Source of the DNA: Bacillota bacterium | GTDB lineage: Bacteria > Bacillota > SHA-98 > UBA4971 | DNA length: 64,000 nucleotides | Direction of reading: 5' to 3' | Assembly (NCBI GenBank): GCA_050261335.1 | Contig: JBLNDE010000058.1 | Coordinates: 102,968-166,967, forward strand | Part shown: piece by piece, positions 45,650 through 56,279 of the stretch | Layout: every line of letters starts with the position of its first letter | Position numbering within the stretch: the first letter of the stretch is position 1 | The notes under the pieces: model-generated | What the model saw: only the letters and a program-made list of their open reading frames with translations | The model's database searches: none | Told to the model about the DNA's origin: nothing | Position numbers and translations under genes: made by a program

Positions 45650-45795
45650 GCTGCCAAGTTACCCTCCGAGTCACGACGCCTGCACCTTTCATGGATGGCG
45701 CGTGACCGGCAGCCGCGAGGGTCACGCCTTTGCGGCTCGAGGGTTTGCTGGGAAACCGGCAAGCCTCCCATTATTGGAAAGGAGATGTAAGAATC
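45650..45795 (+). ncRNA. candidate molybdenum/tungsten-cofactor (Moco-type) riboswitch upstream of tupA
   Basis: Leader contains CCCTCCGAG...CTCGAGGG pairing and GCCTCCcattattGGAAAGGAG overlapping the RBS, reminiscent of the Moco RNA motif; assignment from memory, not verified. Confidence 0.3.
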
Positions 45796-46680
45796 ATGTC
45801 AGGTCTCAAGGGTCTTCTCTTCGCTCACGTAGGACGTCAGCTCGTCATGTTCACGCTGCTCATAAGTACCCTCGCTACGATTCCCGGTACCGCCGCCACT
45901 GCGGCGCCCGCCAGCCGTGAGGTCATCCTGGCCACCACCACGAGCACACAAGACAGCGGCCTCCTCGACGTGCTAATCCCCATGTTCGAAAGCCAGACCG
46001 GGTACATAGTAAAGACCATCGCCGTCGGAACGGGGCAGGCCCTCGCGCTCGGGGCGCGGGGCGAGGCTGACGTGCTCCTGTGCCACGCACCCGCGGCTGA
46101 GATGGAGCTCGTCAAGAGCGGAGCTGCCACGAACCGCAAGCTCGTCATGCACAATGACTTCATCATCGTGGGGCCGGCGACCGACCCGGCCGGCATACGG
46201 GGCGTTGCGTCCGCGGCTGAGGCTTTCGCGAAGATCGCCGCAGCACAGGCTGTATTCGTGTCGCGGGGCGATGATTCCGGCACGCACAAGAAGGAGAAGG
46301 AGATCTGGACGAAGGCTGGGGTGAAGCCCGCGGGGCGCTGGTACCAGGAGGCTGGGGCCGGCATGGGACAGACCCTCAACATCGCGTCAGAAAAAGGGGG
46401 TTACACTCTCACCGACCGCGCCACGTACCTCGCGCTCAAGAAGCGCCTGGGCCTCGAGATCCTGGTGCAGGGCGACGGGGTGCTCCTCAACATCTACCAC
46501 GTGATGCAGGTGAACCCCGAGAAGTTCGACAAGGTGAACGGGCCGGGGGCCGTCGCTTTCGTGGACTTCATGGTTGCTGAGAGCACCCAGAAGGCCATAG
46601 CCTCGTTCGGCGTCAAGGAGTACGGCGAGCCGCTCTTCTTTGCCGACGCCGGCAAGAGCGAGAACGAGCTCGGGCGGTGA
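45796..46680 (+). CDS. tupA: tungstate ABC transporter substrate-binding protein TupA
   Basis: TTTSTQDSGLLD anion-binding motif typical of TupA/WtpA; signal peptide; AAGGAG RBS. Confidence 0.8.
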   Translation: MSGLKGLLFAHVGRQLVMFTLLISTLATIPGTAATAAPASREVILATTTSTQDSGLLDVLIPMFESQTGYIVKTIAVGTGQALALGARGEADVLLCHAPAAEMELVKSGAATNRKLVMHNDFIIVGPATDPAGIRGVASAAEAFAKIAAAQAVFVSRGDDSGTHKKEKEIWTKAGVKPAGRWYQEAGAGMGQTLNIASEKGGYTLTDRATYLALKKRLGLEILVQGDGVLLNIYHVMQVNPEKFDKVNGPGAVAFVDFMVAESTQKAIASFGVKEYGEPLFFADAGKSENELGR

Positions 46681-46687
46681 GGCGCGC

Positions 46688-47386
46688 TTGGATCTCATAG
46701 TCGAAGGCGTAGTTAAGGCGTTCTGGCTACTTGTCAGAGCCGACCGTGAGGTCGTGCGGATCACCCTGCTCACTCTGCGGGTGTCGGGGCTTGCAACCCT
46801 CATAGCCGTGGTGGTGGGCGTGCCTCTGGGGACCGTGCTTGCGCTTTCCACTTTTCGGGGTCGCCAGGTCGCGGTGAGCATCGTGAACACCGGCATGGGC
46901 CTCCCGCCCGTGGTGGTGGGGCTGTGGGTGAGCATCCTCCTTTGGCGATACGGCCCGCTCGGGTTTCTGCGCCTTATGTATACTCCTGCGGCCATGGTGA
47001 TAGCCCAGTCGGTGATAGCCACGCCTATCGTGACAGGTTTCACGATGGCGGGGATAGGTCAGCTCGACCCGGGGGTACGCTTGCAGATGCTCTCGCTCGG
47101 GGCGTCGCGATGGCAACTTCTCTGGATCCTTCTGCGTGAGGCCAGGCTCTCGGTGCTCGCTGCGGTGATGGCAGGATTCGGCGGGGTGATATCGGAGATC
47201 GGCGCGTCAATGATGGTGGGCGGCAATGTCATGGGCCAGACGCGCATCCTCACCACGGCCACCGCCATGGAGGTGTCGCGCGGCCACTTCGACATGGCCA
47301 TAGCGCTCAGCGTGATCCTGCTCGCGCTTGCCTATGGGATCACGTTCGGGCTCACCCATCTCCAGCAGAAGGGCACGCACGTTTGA
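46688..47386 (+). CDS. tupB: tungstate ABC transporter permease TupB
   Basis: 5-6 TM permease downstream of tupA; TTG start. Confidence 0.75.
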   Translation: MDLIVEGVVKAFWLLVRADREVVRITLLTLRVSGLATLIAVVVGVPLGTVLALSTFRGRQVAVSIVNTGMGLPPVVVGLWVSILLWRYGPLGFLRLMYTPAAMVIAQSVIATPIVTGFTMAGIGQLDPGVRLQMLSLGASRWQLLWILLREARLSVLAAVMAGFGGVISEIGASMMVGGNVMGQTRILTTATAMEVSRGHFDMAIALSVILLALAYGITFGLTHLQQKGTHV

Positions 47387-47413
47387 GTTCGAGTTCGAGA
47401 GAGGGATGTACGC

Positions 47414-48202
47414 TTGGAAGAGGCGGTCCTGGAGATCAAGAACCTCAAGGTGCACCGGGGAACGAGGCCGGTGCTGGACGTGTCGCACCTTGTGGTGCGG
47501 CGGGGCGAAACGCTCGCGGTGGTCGGCCCGAATGGGGCGGGCAAGAGCACGCTCCTCCAGGTGATGGCATGCCTCCTCCGACCTGCCGGGGGCGAGGTCC
47601 GGGTATGCGGCGAGGCGGTCGGACGGGGGACCGACCTCGTGAGGCTGAGGCGCCGCATGGCCATGGTGCTCCAGCGCCCGTACCTCCTGGACGGGACGGT
47701 CTTCGACAACGTGGCCGTGGGTCTTCGGATGCGAGGCCTTCCCCGCGACGAGGTCCGCCGGAGGGTAGAGGGCGCGCTCGCCGCTTTCGGCATCGAGCAC
47801 CTTGCCGGGCGGCGGGCGCGGACACTCTCGGGCGGCGAAAGCCAGAGGGTGAGCCTCGCGAGGGCGTTCGTGCTGGAGCCAGAGGTGCTGTTTCTGGACG
47901 AGCCCACGAGCTCGCTGGACGCGCCGACCCGGATGGCCCTGCTCGCCGAGCTCGGCGAGGAGGTGCGAAGGACGGGCGTGACCACTGTGTTCGTGACCCA
48001 CGATGTGATCGAGATCCCGTTCCTCGCCGACAGAACCGTCGTCATGGCGGGCGGGCGGGTCGTGGCTGACGGGCCGGTGAGGGAGGTGCTGGGCGCCGAC
48101 ATGCGTCGGGCCCTCGCTGACCTCGCGGGGTCGGCCCGCTGGATTCTGTCCTGGGACGGTGATGGAGTTGCCGCTTTTCCTGTCGCTCACGCCTCCGGAT
48201 GA
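47414..48202 (+). CDS. tupC: ABC transporter ATP-binding protein TupC
   Basis: Walker A GPNGAGKST, signature LSGGESQR, Walker B LFLDEPTSSLD. Confidence 0.8.
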   Translation: MEEAVLEIKNLKVHRGTRPVLDVSHLVVRRGETLAVVGPNGAGKSTLLQVMACLLRPAGGEVRVCGEAVGRGTDLVRLRRRMAMVLQRPYLLDGTVFDNVAVGLRMRGLPRDEVRRRVEGALAAFGIEHLAGRRARTLSGGESQRVSLARAFVLEPEVLFLDEPTSSLDAPTRMALLAELGEEVRRTGVTTVFVTHDVIEIPFLADRTVVMAGGRVVADGPVREVLGADMRRALADLAGSARWILSWDGDGVAAFPVAHASG

Positions 48203-49397
48203 GGCCTGGCGGAGGCTGGAGGAGCACCTTCCTCCGGGCCCGCACGAGACCGCGACGGTCGGCCTCTTCGAGGCCTGTGGCCGCGTGCTTGCGGAGGACG
48301 TGGCGTCCCCGGGCGACCTGCCGGGCTTCCCCAGGTCGACGGTGGACGGCTTTGCGGTCCGCGCCCGCGACACGTTCGGGGCGACGGAGGGCCTGCCCGC
48401 GATCCTCACCCTTGGCGGTGAGGTGCGCATGGGCGAGGAGGCCCGCTTCGTCGTTGGCCCAGGGAAGTGCGTCCGGGTCGCAACCGGCGCGATGATGCCC
48501 CCCGAAGCGGACGCCGTGGTGATGGTGGAGACCGCCGAAGACATAGGGGACGGGCTCGTCGCCGTCACCAGGCCCGTAGCGCCGGGCGAGAACGTCGTGG
48601 GTGCAGCGGAGGACGTGGAGGGTGGCGACGTCCTGGTGCGTAAGGGCGCGAGGCTGCGCCCGCAGGACATCGGCGCGCTCGCGGCTGCGGGGGTCTCCCG
48701 GGTGAGAGTGGCCGTCGGCCCAAAGGTGGCGATAATGTCCACCGGAGACGAGCTGGTGGAGGTCTCCTGTGCGCCCGCCCCCGGAGAAGTGCGCGACACG
48801 AATTCATACTCGCTGTACGCAGCGGCGCTCGCCGAAGGTGCCCGACCGGTGGCGACGGGGGTCGTGAAGGACGATTACGATGAAATCGCCCTGGCCATGC
48901 GCGAGCAGCTTTCCCGCGCGGACATGCTCATCGTCTCGGGCGGCAGCTCAATCGGGGCGCGGGACTTCGCCCGCAACGCCATGGACTCGCTGGGACGGCC
49001 CGGGGTGCTGGTGCACGGAGTCGCAGTGCGCCCGGGCAAGCCCACCATCCTCGCGGCGGCTGACGGAAAGCCCGTGTTCGGCCTGCCTGGTCACCCGGTG
49101 TCGTGCCTGACCGTCTTCAGGCTCTTCGTGGCGCCTGCCATAGCGAGGTGGATGGGGACCCGCCCGCAGCGGCGCGATGTCGAGGCGCGCCTCGGGGCCA
49201 ATGTTGCGTCGGTGGCCGGCCGCGAAGACTACGTCGGGGTGAGGCTCGTGCTGCGCGATGGCGTGAGATGGGCGGAGCCGGTCTTCACGAAATCCGCCCT
49301 GATATCAGGGCTTGTGGCTTCCGACGGGGTCGTGAGGATCCCGGCAGACGTCGAGGGCCTGGAGAAGGGTGCCCCTGTTACCGTCGCCCTGTTCTAA
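48159..49397 (+). CDS. moeA: molybdopterin molybdenum/tungsten-transferase MoeA
   Basis: MoeA domains (LEACGRVLAEDV, GGSSIGARDF, PGKP); start overlaps tupC 3' end (alternative later starts possible). Confidence 0.8.
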   Translation: MMELPLFLSLTPPDEAWRRLEEHLPPGPHETATVGLFEACGRVLAEDVASPGDLPGFPRSTVDGFAVRARDTFGATEGLPAILTLGGEVRMGEEARFVVGPGKCVRVATGAMMPPEADAVVMVETAEDIGDGLVAVTRPVAPGENVVGAAEDVEGGDVLVRKGARLRPQDIGALAAAGVSRVRVAVGPKVAIMSTGDELVEVSCAPAPGEVRDTNSYSLYAAALAEGARPVATGVVKDDYDEIALAMREQLSRADMLIVSGGSSIGARDFARNAMDSLGRPGVLVHGVAVRPGKPTILAAADGKPVFGLPGHPVSCLTVFRLFVAPAIARWMGTRPQRRDVEARLGANVASVAGREDYVGVRLVLRDGVRWAEPVFTKSALISGLVASDGVVRIPADVEGLEKGAPVTVALF

Positions 49398-49560
49398 GTA
49401 TGGCGCCATAAGTTTGCGCCATCTTCCCTGACGGTGTTGGGGTTGCCGGTGCTTGCACTCCGGGGACGGCGCCCCAGGTCAGGGCGCGCTGTGGCAGTAT
49501 CTGGATTGCCCGGCAACCGACGGGGGCTCGAGGCCTCTTGTGTAGTCACCTCAGCGTACT
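49398..49560. repeat. dispersed repeat family 2, copy C (begins immediately after the moeA stop)
   Basis: tatggcgccataagtttgcgccatcttccctgacggtgttggggttgccggtgcttgcactccggggacggcgcc... Confidence 0.55.
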
Positions 49561-49565
49561 GGAGG

Positions 49566-51500
49566 GTGGATACGACGAAGCGCAACGTATACCTGGAAGA
49601 GACGCCTCTCGATGAGGCGCGGCAAAGGTTTTTCGATGCGCTCGACGCCCGGGGAATCGCGCGGCCGCGAGACGGCGAGACCATCCCCGTGGACGTCCCG
49701 GCGCTCGGGCGCATTACAGCTTCACCCGTGTTCGCGCGCATCTCGTCCCCGCATTACCATTCGTGCGCCATGGACGGCATCGCCACGCGCGCGCAGGCGA
49801 CTTTCGGCGCAAGCGAGAGGAATCCTGTCGCCTTGCGCCTTGGGGAGGACGCCGTGTGGGTGGATACGGGCGATCCTCTGCCTTCCGGGTTTGACGCGGT
49901 CATAATGGTCGAGGACCTCGTGCAGATCCGCGACGACTCTGTCACCGTGATAGCTCCCGCAAGGCCGTGGCAGCACGTACGCACGGTGGGCGAGGACATC
50001 GTCGCCACCGAGCTCGTCCTCCCCGAGAACCACTCGATCCGCCCGGCGGATCTCGGGGCCATGCTCGCGGCGGGCGTGATGGAAGTAAGCGTTCGCAAGA
50101 GGCCCAGGGCGGCCGTGATTCCAACAGGCGACGAGCTTGTCCCGCCGGGGACCAGGCTCTCGCCCGGGGACATCGTGGAGTTCAACTCGAGGATCATCGG
50201 CGGCCTCGTCCACGAGTGGGGTGGGAAGCCCCTCTTCCATGAGATCGTGAGGGACGATTACGATGCCATCGCGAAGGCCGTGCGTGCCGCGGCGGGGGAG
50301 GCAGACGTCGTCATCGTGAACGCCGGGTCCTCGGCGGGAAGCGAGGACTACACGAGCCACGTCGCGAGGTGTCTGGGCGAGCTTATCGTGCACGGCGTCG
50401 CCGTCAAGCCCGGCAAGCCCACCGTCCTCGGGATCGTCTGCGGACGGCCGTTCCTGGGAATTCCAGGGTACCCGGTGTCCGCGGCGCTTGCGTGCGAGCT
50501 TTTCCTGAGGCCGATCCTGGCGAGGATGTTGGGGCGTCCCGTGAGCAGGTCCCCGAGGCTTGCTGCCGTGGCCACGCGGCGCGTCGTCTCTACGCCGGGC
50601 GTGGACGAGTTCATCAGGGTGAAAGTGGGCGAGGTGGGCGGAAAGCGCGTGGTCACGCCGCTTGCGCGAGGGGCGGGGGCGATAATGTCCCTGGTGCGCG
50701 CGGACGGCATCGTTCGCATCCCGCCCTCGGCACAGGGCGTGGAAGAAGCGTCCACCGTGGAGGTGGAGCTTCTGCGGGATCCCGACGAGATAGCCAGCAC
50801 CGTGGCCGTGATAGGGAGCCACGACCTCGCTCTCGACGTGCTTGCGAGCCACGTGGCTCGCTCGTTTCCCGGCATGAACCTTTCGTCGGCGCACGTGGGT
50901 AGCATGGGCGGCATCATGGCGATCCGCAGGGGCGAGGCGCACCTCGCGGGCATCCATCTCATTGACGAGGAGACAGGGGAGTATAACGTCCCATACGTGA
51001 AACGCCTGCTCGGGGCGGAGGGCTTTGCCCTGGTGAACCTCGTCCACCGCGAGCAGGGGTTCATCGTGGCGAAGGGAAACCCGAAGGGCATCGCGGGATT
51101 AGCGGATGTTGCGAGGCCTGGAGTTGTGTTCGTGAACAGGCAGCGCGGCGCCGGCACCAGGATACTCCTGGACCTCGAGCTTGCGAAGCTCGGCATCGAC
51201 CCTGGCAGGATCGCAGGCTATGAGCGCGAAGAGTATACTCACATGGGCGTCGCGGCGTCCGTGGCCAGCGGGGCGGCGGATGCGGGCCTGGGGATACGGA
51301 GCGCCGCGGTGGCGCTCGGCCTCGATTTCGTCCCGGTGGCGAAGGAGCGGTACGATCTTCTCACGACGAGGGCATTCCTGGGGTCTTCGATGATGGAAAG
51401 GCTTCTTGCCGTGATGCGGTCGGAGGATTTCAAGGAGGCCGTCGTGGCGCTCGGCGGATACGACGTCTCGGACACCGGAAGGGTCGTGTGGCAGGGATGA
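49566..51500 (+). CDS. MoeA paralog fused to C-terminal COG1910-type periplasmic-binding-like (molybdate/tungstate-binding) domain
   Basis: N-terminal ~400 aa MoeA-like (PGKPTVLG, GSSAGSEDY); C-terminal ~250 aa PBP-like domain; GTG 49566 inferred start (RBS spacing short, uncertain). Confidence 0.7.
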   Translation: MDTTKRNVYLEETPLDEARQRFFDALDARGIARPRDGETIPVDVPALGRITASPVFARISSPHYHSCAMDGIATRAQATFGASERNPVALRLGEDAVWVDTGDPLPSGFDAVIMVEDLVQIRDDSVTVIAPARPWQHVRTVGEDIVATELVLPENHSIRPADLGAMLAAGVMEVSVRKRPRAAVIPTGDELVPPGTRLSPGDIVEFNSRIIGGLVHEWGGKPLFHEIVRDDYDAIAKAVRAAAGEADVVIVNAGSSAGSEDYTSHVARCLGELIVHGVAVKPGKPTVLGIVCGRPFLGIPGYPVSAALACELFLRPILARMLGRPVSRSPRLAAVATRRVVSTPGVDEFIRVKVGEVGGKRVVTPLARGAGAIMSLVRADGIVRIPPSAQGVEEASTVEVELLRDPDEIASTVAVIGSHDLALDVLASHVARSFPGMNLSSAHVGSMGGIMAIRRGEAHLAGIHLIDEETGEYNVPYVKRLLGAEGFALVNLVHREQGFIVAKGNPKGIAGLADVARPGVVFVNRQRGAGTRILLDLELAKLGIDPGRIAGYEREEYTHMGVAASVASGAADAGLGIRSAAVALGLDFVPVAKERYDLLTTRAFLGSSMMERLLAVMRSEDFKEAVVALGGYDVSDTGRVVWQG

Positions 51501-52504
51501 CAGGACTCTACGACAGGTTCGGGCGCAGGATCACCTACCTTCGCGTGTCCGTGACGGATAAATGTAACCTCCGATGCGTGTACTGCATGCCCGAAGAGGG
51601 CATTGTTCCCCGGTCGCATGACGAGATACTGAGGATCGAAGAGATCGTCCGCGTGATTCGGGTCGCGACGGGCCTTGGTATCAACAAGATCAGGGTCACC
51701 GGCGGGGAGCCGCTGGTAAGAAAGGGCGTCGTCGACCTTGTGAGGATGGTCGCCACGATCCCGGGCGTGCAGGACCTCTCCATGACCACCAACGCCACTC
51801 TCCTCAGGCACCATGCCCGCGATCTTGCGAAGGCGGGGCTGCGGCGGGTGAACGTCAGCCTCGACACACTGCGTCCCGATGTATACGCGAAGATCACGCG
51901 GCGCGGCGACATCCGGACGGCGCTCGAGGGGATAGCCGCCGCCGAGGTTGCAGGGCTTCGTCCACTCAGGCTGAACGCCGTGGTCGTGCGTGGCATGAAC
52001 GATGGCGAGATCGAGGACCTCGCCAGGCTCACGCTGACGCATGCGTGGGACGTCAGGTTCATCGAGTTCATGCCTTTCTGGGGGAACGGCGGGAGTCTCG
52101 GGCCGTCGCAGGTGGTTCCCATCGAGGAGATAAGGGGGAGGGTGGTCGATCTCGGGCCGCAACCTTGCAGCGCGTGTCAGCCCCCGGGCGGGGCCGGCCC
52201 TGCGACTTACCTGCGGCTTCCGGGCGCCATGGGACGGGTGGGCTTCATATCCAGGGAGGGCGACGGCTTCTGCGTGCGATGTAACAGGCTGCGTCTCACT
52301 GCCGATGGCAAGCTCCTGCCGTGCCTTCTGGCCGGCCTGGCGCTGGACCTGCGGGGCGCGCTCCGGGGCGGCGCCGGCGACGATGATATCGCGGCGCTCA
52401 TCCGCAAGGCCGTGGCACTGAAGCCCGAGAGCGGGGCCGTGCGCGGGGACGGTGGCACGTGTTCTCGGCGGGTCGCGCCGCCGCTGTCAGACATCGGCGG
52501 GTAG
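51497..52504 (+). CDS. moaA: GTP 3',8-cyclase MoaA (radical SAM)
   Basis: CNLRCVYCMP radical-SAM motif, ITYLRVSVTDKCN; ATGA overlap with upstream stop. Confidence 0.85.
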   Translation: MTGLYDRFGRRITYLRVSVTDKCNLRCVYCMPEEGIVPRSHDEILRIEEIVRVIRVATGLGINKIRVTGGEPLVRKGVVDLVRMVATIPGVQDLSMTTNATLLRHHARDLAKAGLRRVNVSLDTLRPDVYAKITRRGDIRTALEGIAAAEVAGLRPLRLNAVVVRGMNDGEIEDLARLTLTHAWDVRFIEFMPFWGNGGSLGPSQVVPIEEIRGRVVDLGPQPCSACQPPGGAGPATYLRLPGAMGRVGFISREGDGFCVRCNRLRLTADGKLLPCLLAGLALDLRGALRGGAGDDDIAALIRKAVALKPESGAVRGDGGTCSRRVAPPLSDIGG

Positions 52505-52575
52505 GGCAAGACACGGGGCGCGGCTGCGCGTGGCCTCAGCTTCGTGTGGTATGGGCTTGAGAGGGCGGTGGGTAC

Positions 52576-53088
52576 ATGAACGAAGGAGTGTCATGCGGGG
52601 GCCTGACGCACCTCGACGAGGCGGGCAAGGCCCGCATGGTGGACGTGACCGGTAAGCCCGACACCGCGCGCGAGGCACGGGCGAGGTGCAGGATCGCGAT
52701 GGCCCCTGAGACCCTGGCGATGGCAGAGAGGGGCGAGGGGCCGAAAGGAGACGTCTTCGGCGTCGCAAGGGTGGCCGCGGTGATGGCTGCGAAGAATGCG
52801 TCCTGTCTCATCCCGATGTGCCATCCCATTCCCATAACCGGGGTCGACGTGGCCTTCAAGACCGATGCCGCCGGGACCGTCGACGTCCAGGTCACAGTGC
52901 GCACGTTCGGGAAGACGGGCGCCGAGATGGAGGCGCTCACCGGCGCGTGCGTGGCCGCGCTCACCATCTACGACATGTGCAAGGCTGTGGACCGGTCCAT
53001 GGTGATATGCGACGTGCGGCTCGTGCGCAAGTCAGGCGGCAAGAGCGGCGAGTTCGTGCGGGAGGGAGAGGAGCCGTGGGAGGAGTAG
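52576..53088 (+). CDS. moaC: cyclic pyranopterin monophosphate synthase MoaC
   Basis: LTHLDEAGKARMVDVTGK, CHPIPITGV, ALTIYDMCKA motifs. Confidence 0.85.
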   Translation: MNEGVSCGGLTHLDEAGKARMVDVTGKPDTAREARARCRIAMAPETLAMAERGEGPKGDVFGVARVAAVMAAKNASCLIPMCHPIPITGVDVAFKTDAAGTVDVQVTVRTFGKTGAEMEALTGACVAALTIYDMCKAVDRSMVICDVRLVRKSGGKSGEFVREGEEPWEE

Positions 53089-54002
53089 TCGTTGCGGTTT
53101 GCGTGAGTGAGACGAAGGGCGTGAGCAAGCGCGACGTCGGTCGGGCGAGGCTGGTGGAGGGGCACGGCCTGGAAGGCGATGCCCACGCAGGTCCGTGGCA
53201 CAGGCAGGTGAGCCTCCTTGCCGAGGAGAGCATTGGGAAAATACAGGCGAAGGGCATCGACGTCGGTGCCGGAGCGTTCGCCGAGAACATCACGACGCGC
53301 GGTATCGACCTTTACCACCTGCCCGTAGGCACGCGCCTCGAGGTGGGTCGCGAGGTGGTGCTGGAGATCACCCAGATTGGCAAGGAGTGCCACAGCGGCT
53401 GTGCCATCTTCAGGCAGGTCGGGGAGTGCGTGATGCCGCGGGAGGGCGTATTCGCCAGAGTGGTGCGCGGGGGAGAGATCGGGCGAGGAGATGAGATCAG
53501 GGTGAAAACACCGGTCCTGTTCGCTATCCTGACTGTGAGCGACAAGGGGTCGCGGGGCGAGAGGCGAGATGAAAGCGGAGACGTGATCGAGCGCACGGTA
53601 TCGGACCTGGGCAGGGTGGTGGAGCGACGCATCGTGCCCGATGATTACGACATGATCGTGGAGGAGTTGCGGCGCATGTCCGACAAGCTCGGGGTCGACG
53701 TCGTCCTGACCACCGGCGGCACGGGCTTCAGCCCCCGCGACATCACGCCGGAGGCTACGAGGTCCGTCATCGACAGGCTGGTCCCCGGCATTCCCGAGGC
53801 GATGCGCGCGGCGGGCCTGGGCAAGACACCCCACGCGATGCTGAGCAGGGCCGCGGCCGGGATTCGCCGCAAGACCCTCATCGTGAACCTGCCCGGCAGC
53901 CCGAAGGGTGTTGAGGAGTGTCTGTCCGTGGTGCTTCCGGCCATCCCCCACGCCGTGGAGACCCTGCGTGGGGTGGCGGTCGAATGCGCCCGCGCCGACT
54001 GA
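53076..54002 (+). CDS. MOSC-domain / MogA(MoaB)-domain fusion protein
   Basis: N-terminal ~140 aa MOSC-like; C-terminal ~165 aa MogA/MoaB-like (LTTGGTGFSPRDITPEA, IVNLPGSP); GTG 53076 after GGGAGGGAGAGGAG RBS; the ORF opens at 52818. Confidence 0.7.
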   Translation: MGGVVVAVCVSETKGVSKRDVGRARLVEGHGLEGDAHAGPWHRQVSLLAEESIGKIQAKGIDVGAGAFAENITTRGIDLYHLPVGTRLEVGREVVLEITQIGKECHSGCAIFRQVGECVMPREGVFARVVRGGEIGRGDEIRVKTPVLFAILTVSDKGSRGERRDESGDVIERTVSDLGRVVERRIVPDDYDMIVEELRRMSDKLGVDVVLTTGGTGFSPRDITPEATRSVIDRLVPGIPEAMRAAGLGKTPHAMLSRAAAGIRRKTLIVNLPGSPKGVEECLSVVLPAIPHAVETLRGVAVECARAD

Positions 54003-54146
54003 GCGCGGCAGCGCGGCCTGATGCTTGTCCCTGGAAGGCTGAGGTTGTATAATGTGTACGTTCTTTCCGCCGGTGCCCCGGCTGTCCCGACCAGGGGCCA
54101 GGCGGCCGGGACGAGCTTTTGGAACATGCGGGAGGCGGAGGAATTG

Positions 54147-54679
<533 letters not shown>

Positions 54680-54683
<4 letters not shown>

Positions 54684-56209
54684 TAGCCATCCTTGACTTC
54701 GGCTCACAATACAGCATGCTCATCGCCCGCAAGGTGCGCGAGCTTTCGGTGTACTGCGAGATCCTTCCGCATGATACGTCCGCGTTCCATCTCGCGGCGC
54801 TGAAGCCAGAGGGCATCATCCTTTCGGGCGGGCCATCGAGCGTGTACGAGGAGAACGCGCCCGGCTGCGACCGGCGCGTATTCGAAATGGGCGTCCCGGT
54901 GCTTGGGATATGCTACGGGATGCAGCTCATGGCGCATGTCCTTGGGGGAGACGTGACTCCCTCCGGCCTTCGCGAGTATGGCAAGACCACGGTTTTCGTG
55001 GACGACCCGTCCGACCTTTTTGCCGGGATGGGCGCCAGTTTCACGTCGTGGATGAGCCACCAGGACCGCGTGAACGCGCCCCCGCCTGGCTTCGACCTCA
55101 TCGCTCACACCACGAGCACCCCTGTTGCCGCCATGCGCGACCGAGGGCGCAAGCTATACGCACTGCAGTTCCATCCTGAGGTGGTCCACACCGAGCGCGG
55201 CAAGGAGATCCTTGCGAACTTCCTGCTCAAGGTGTGCGGCTGCGAGCGATCGTGGACCCCTGGAAGGTTTGTCGACGATCAGGTGGACCGCATCCGGCAG
55301 GAGGTGGGCGAGGGGCGCGCCGTCGCCGCGCTTTCAGGCGGGGTGGATTCGTCTGTGGCCTCTGTTCTGGTGCACCGGGCGATTGGCGACAGGCTCACCT
55401 GCGTCTTCGTGGACACGGGCCTGCTCCGAAAGGGCGAACCCGACCAGGTGCGCGCGACGTTCGGCGAGCATTTCCGGATGAACCTGCGCACCGTCGATGC
55501 GCGCGAGAGGTTTTACGCGGCGCTGCGGGGGGTCATCGACCCCGAGGAGAAGCGGAAGAGAATCGGGCGCGAATTCATCGACGTGTTCGAGGAGGAGGCC
55601 CGGCTCTGCGGCGACGTTGACTTCCTGGTGCAGGGCACGCTGTATCCCGACGTCATCGAGAGCGCAGGGTCGCGCCTCGGCCCTGCGGCGAAGATCAAGT
55701 CTCATCACAATGTAGGCGGACTTCCCGAGACCATGAGGCTGCGGCTCATAGAGCCCTTGCGCTATCTCTTCAAGGACGAGGTCCGGGCCATCGGGCGCGA
55801 CCTGGGGATACCGGCATCGATACTCGAACGGCATCCTTTCCCTGGACCGGGGCTCGCTGTACGGATCGTTGGAGAGGTTACCCCGGAGAGCCTCGAGATC
55901 CTGCGTGAAGCGGACGCCGTCATCGAGGAGGAGACGAGGGCAGCGGGGCTGTACACCGGCCTGTGGCAGGCGTTTGCGGTCCTCCTCGACGTGCGGAGCG
56001 TGGGGGTGATGGGCGACATGCGCACCTATGAGCGGCCCATCGTCATCCGCGCCGTGACGAGCGAGGACGGCATGACGTGCGACTGGGCGCGCCTTCCCCA
56101 CGAGGTGCTGGAGAAGATCTCCACGCGCATCGTGAACGAGGTCAATGGTGTGAATCGCGTGGTGTATGACATAAGCACGAAGCCGCCGGCCACGATCGAG
56201 TGGGAGTAG
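54680..56209 (+). CDS. guaA: GMP synthase (glutamine-hydrolysing) GuaA
   Basis: GATase domain (GICYGMQL), ATP-PPase SGGVDSSV, C-terminal dimerisation domain ending IEWE. Confidence 0.9.
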
Positions 56210-56279
56210 CGTTCCCGTGCGCCCTGAGCAGATCGCCGCAAATCTGCGCTGCTCTTCAGCGCGCAGGTCCTCGCCAGGG

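Noticed and set aside
47207-48799. 530-aa minus-strand ORF and nested 47332-48102 ORF
   Set aside because: Antisense to tupC and moeA, which carry clear ABC-ATPase and MoeA motifs; the antisense translation is Arg/Pro/Ala-rich with no domain.
49722-51047. 441-aa minus-strand ORF
   Set aside because: Antisense to the MoeA-COG1910 gene.
54003-54146. Guanine riboswitch in the hpt leader
   Set aside because: The conserved aptamer elements (UAUA...UUUCUACC...CCGUAAA...GACUA) are absent. Only a -10-like TGTATAAT is present.
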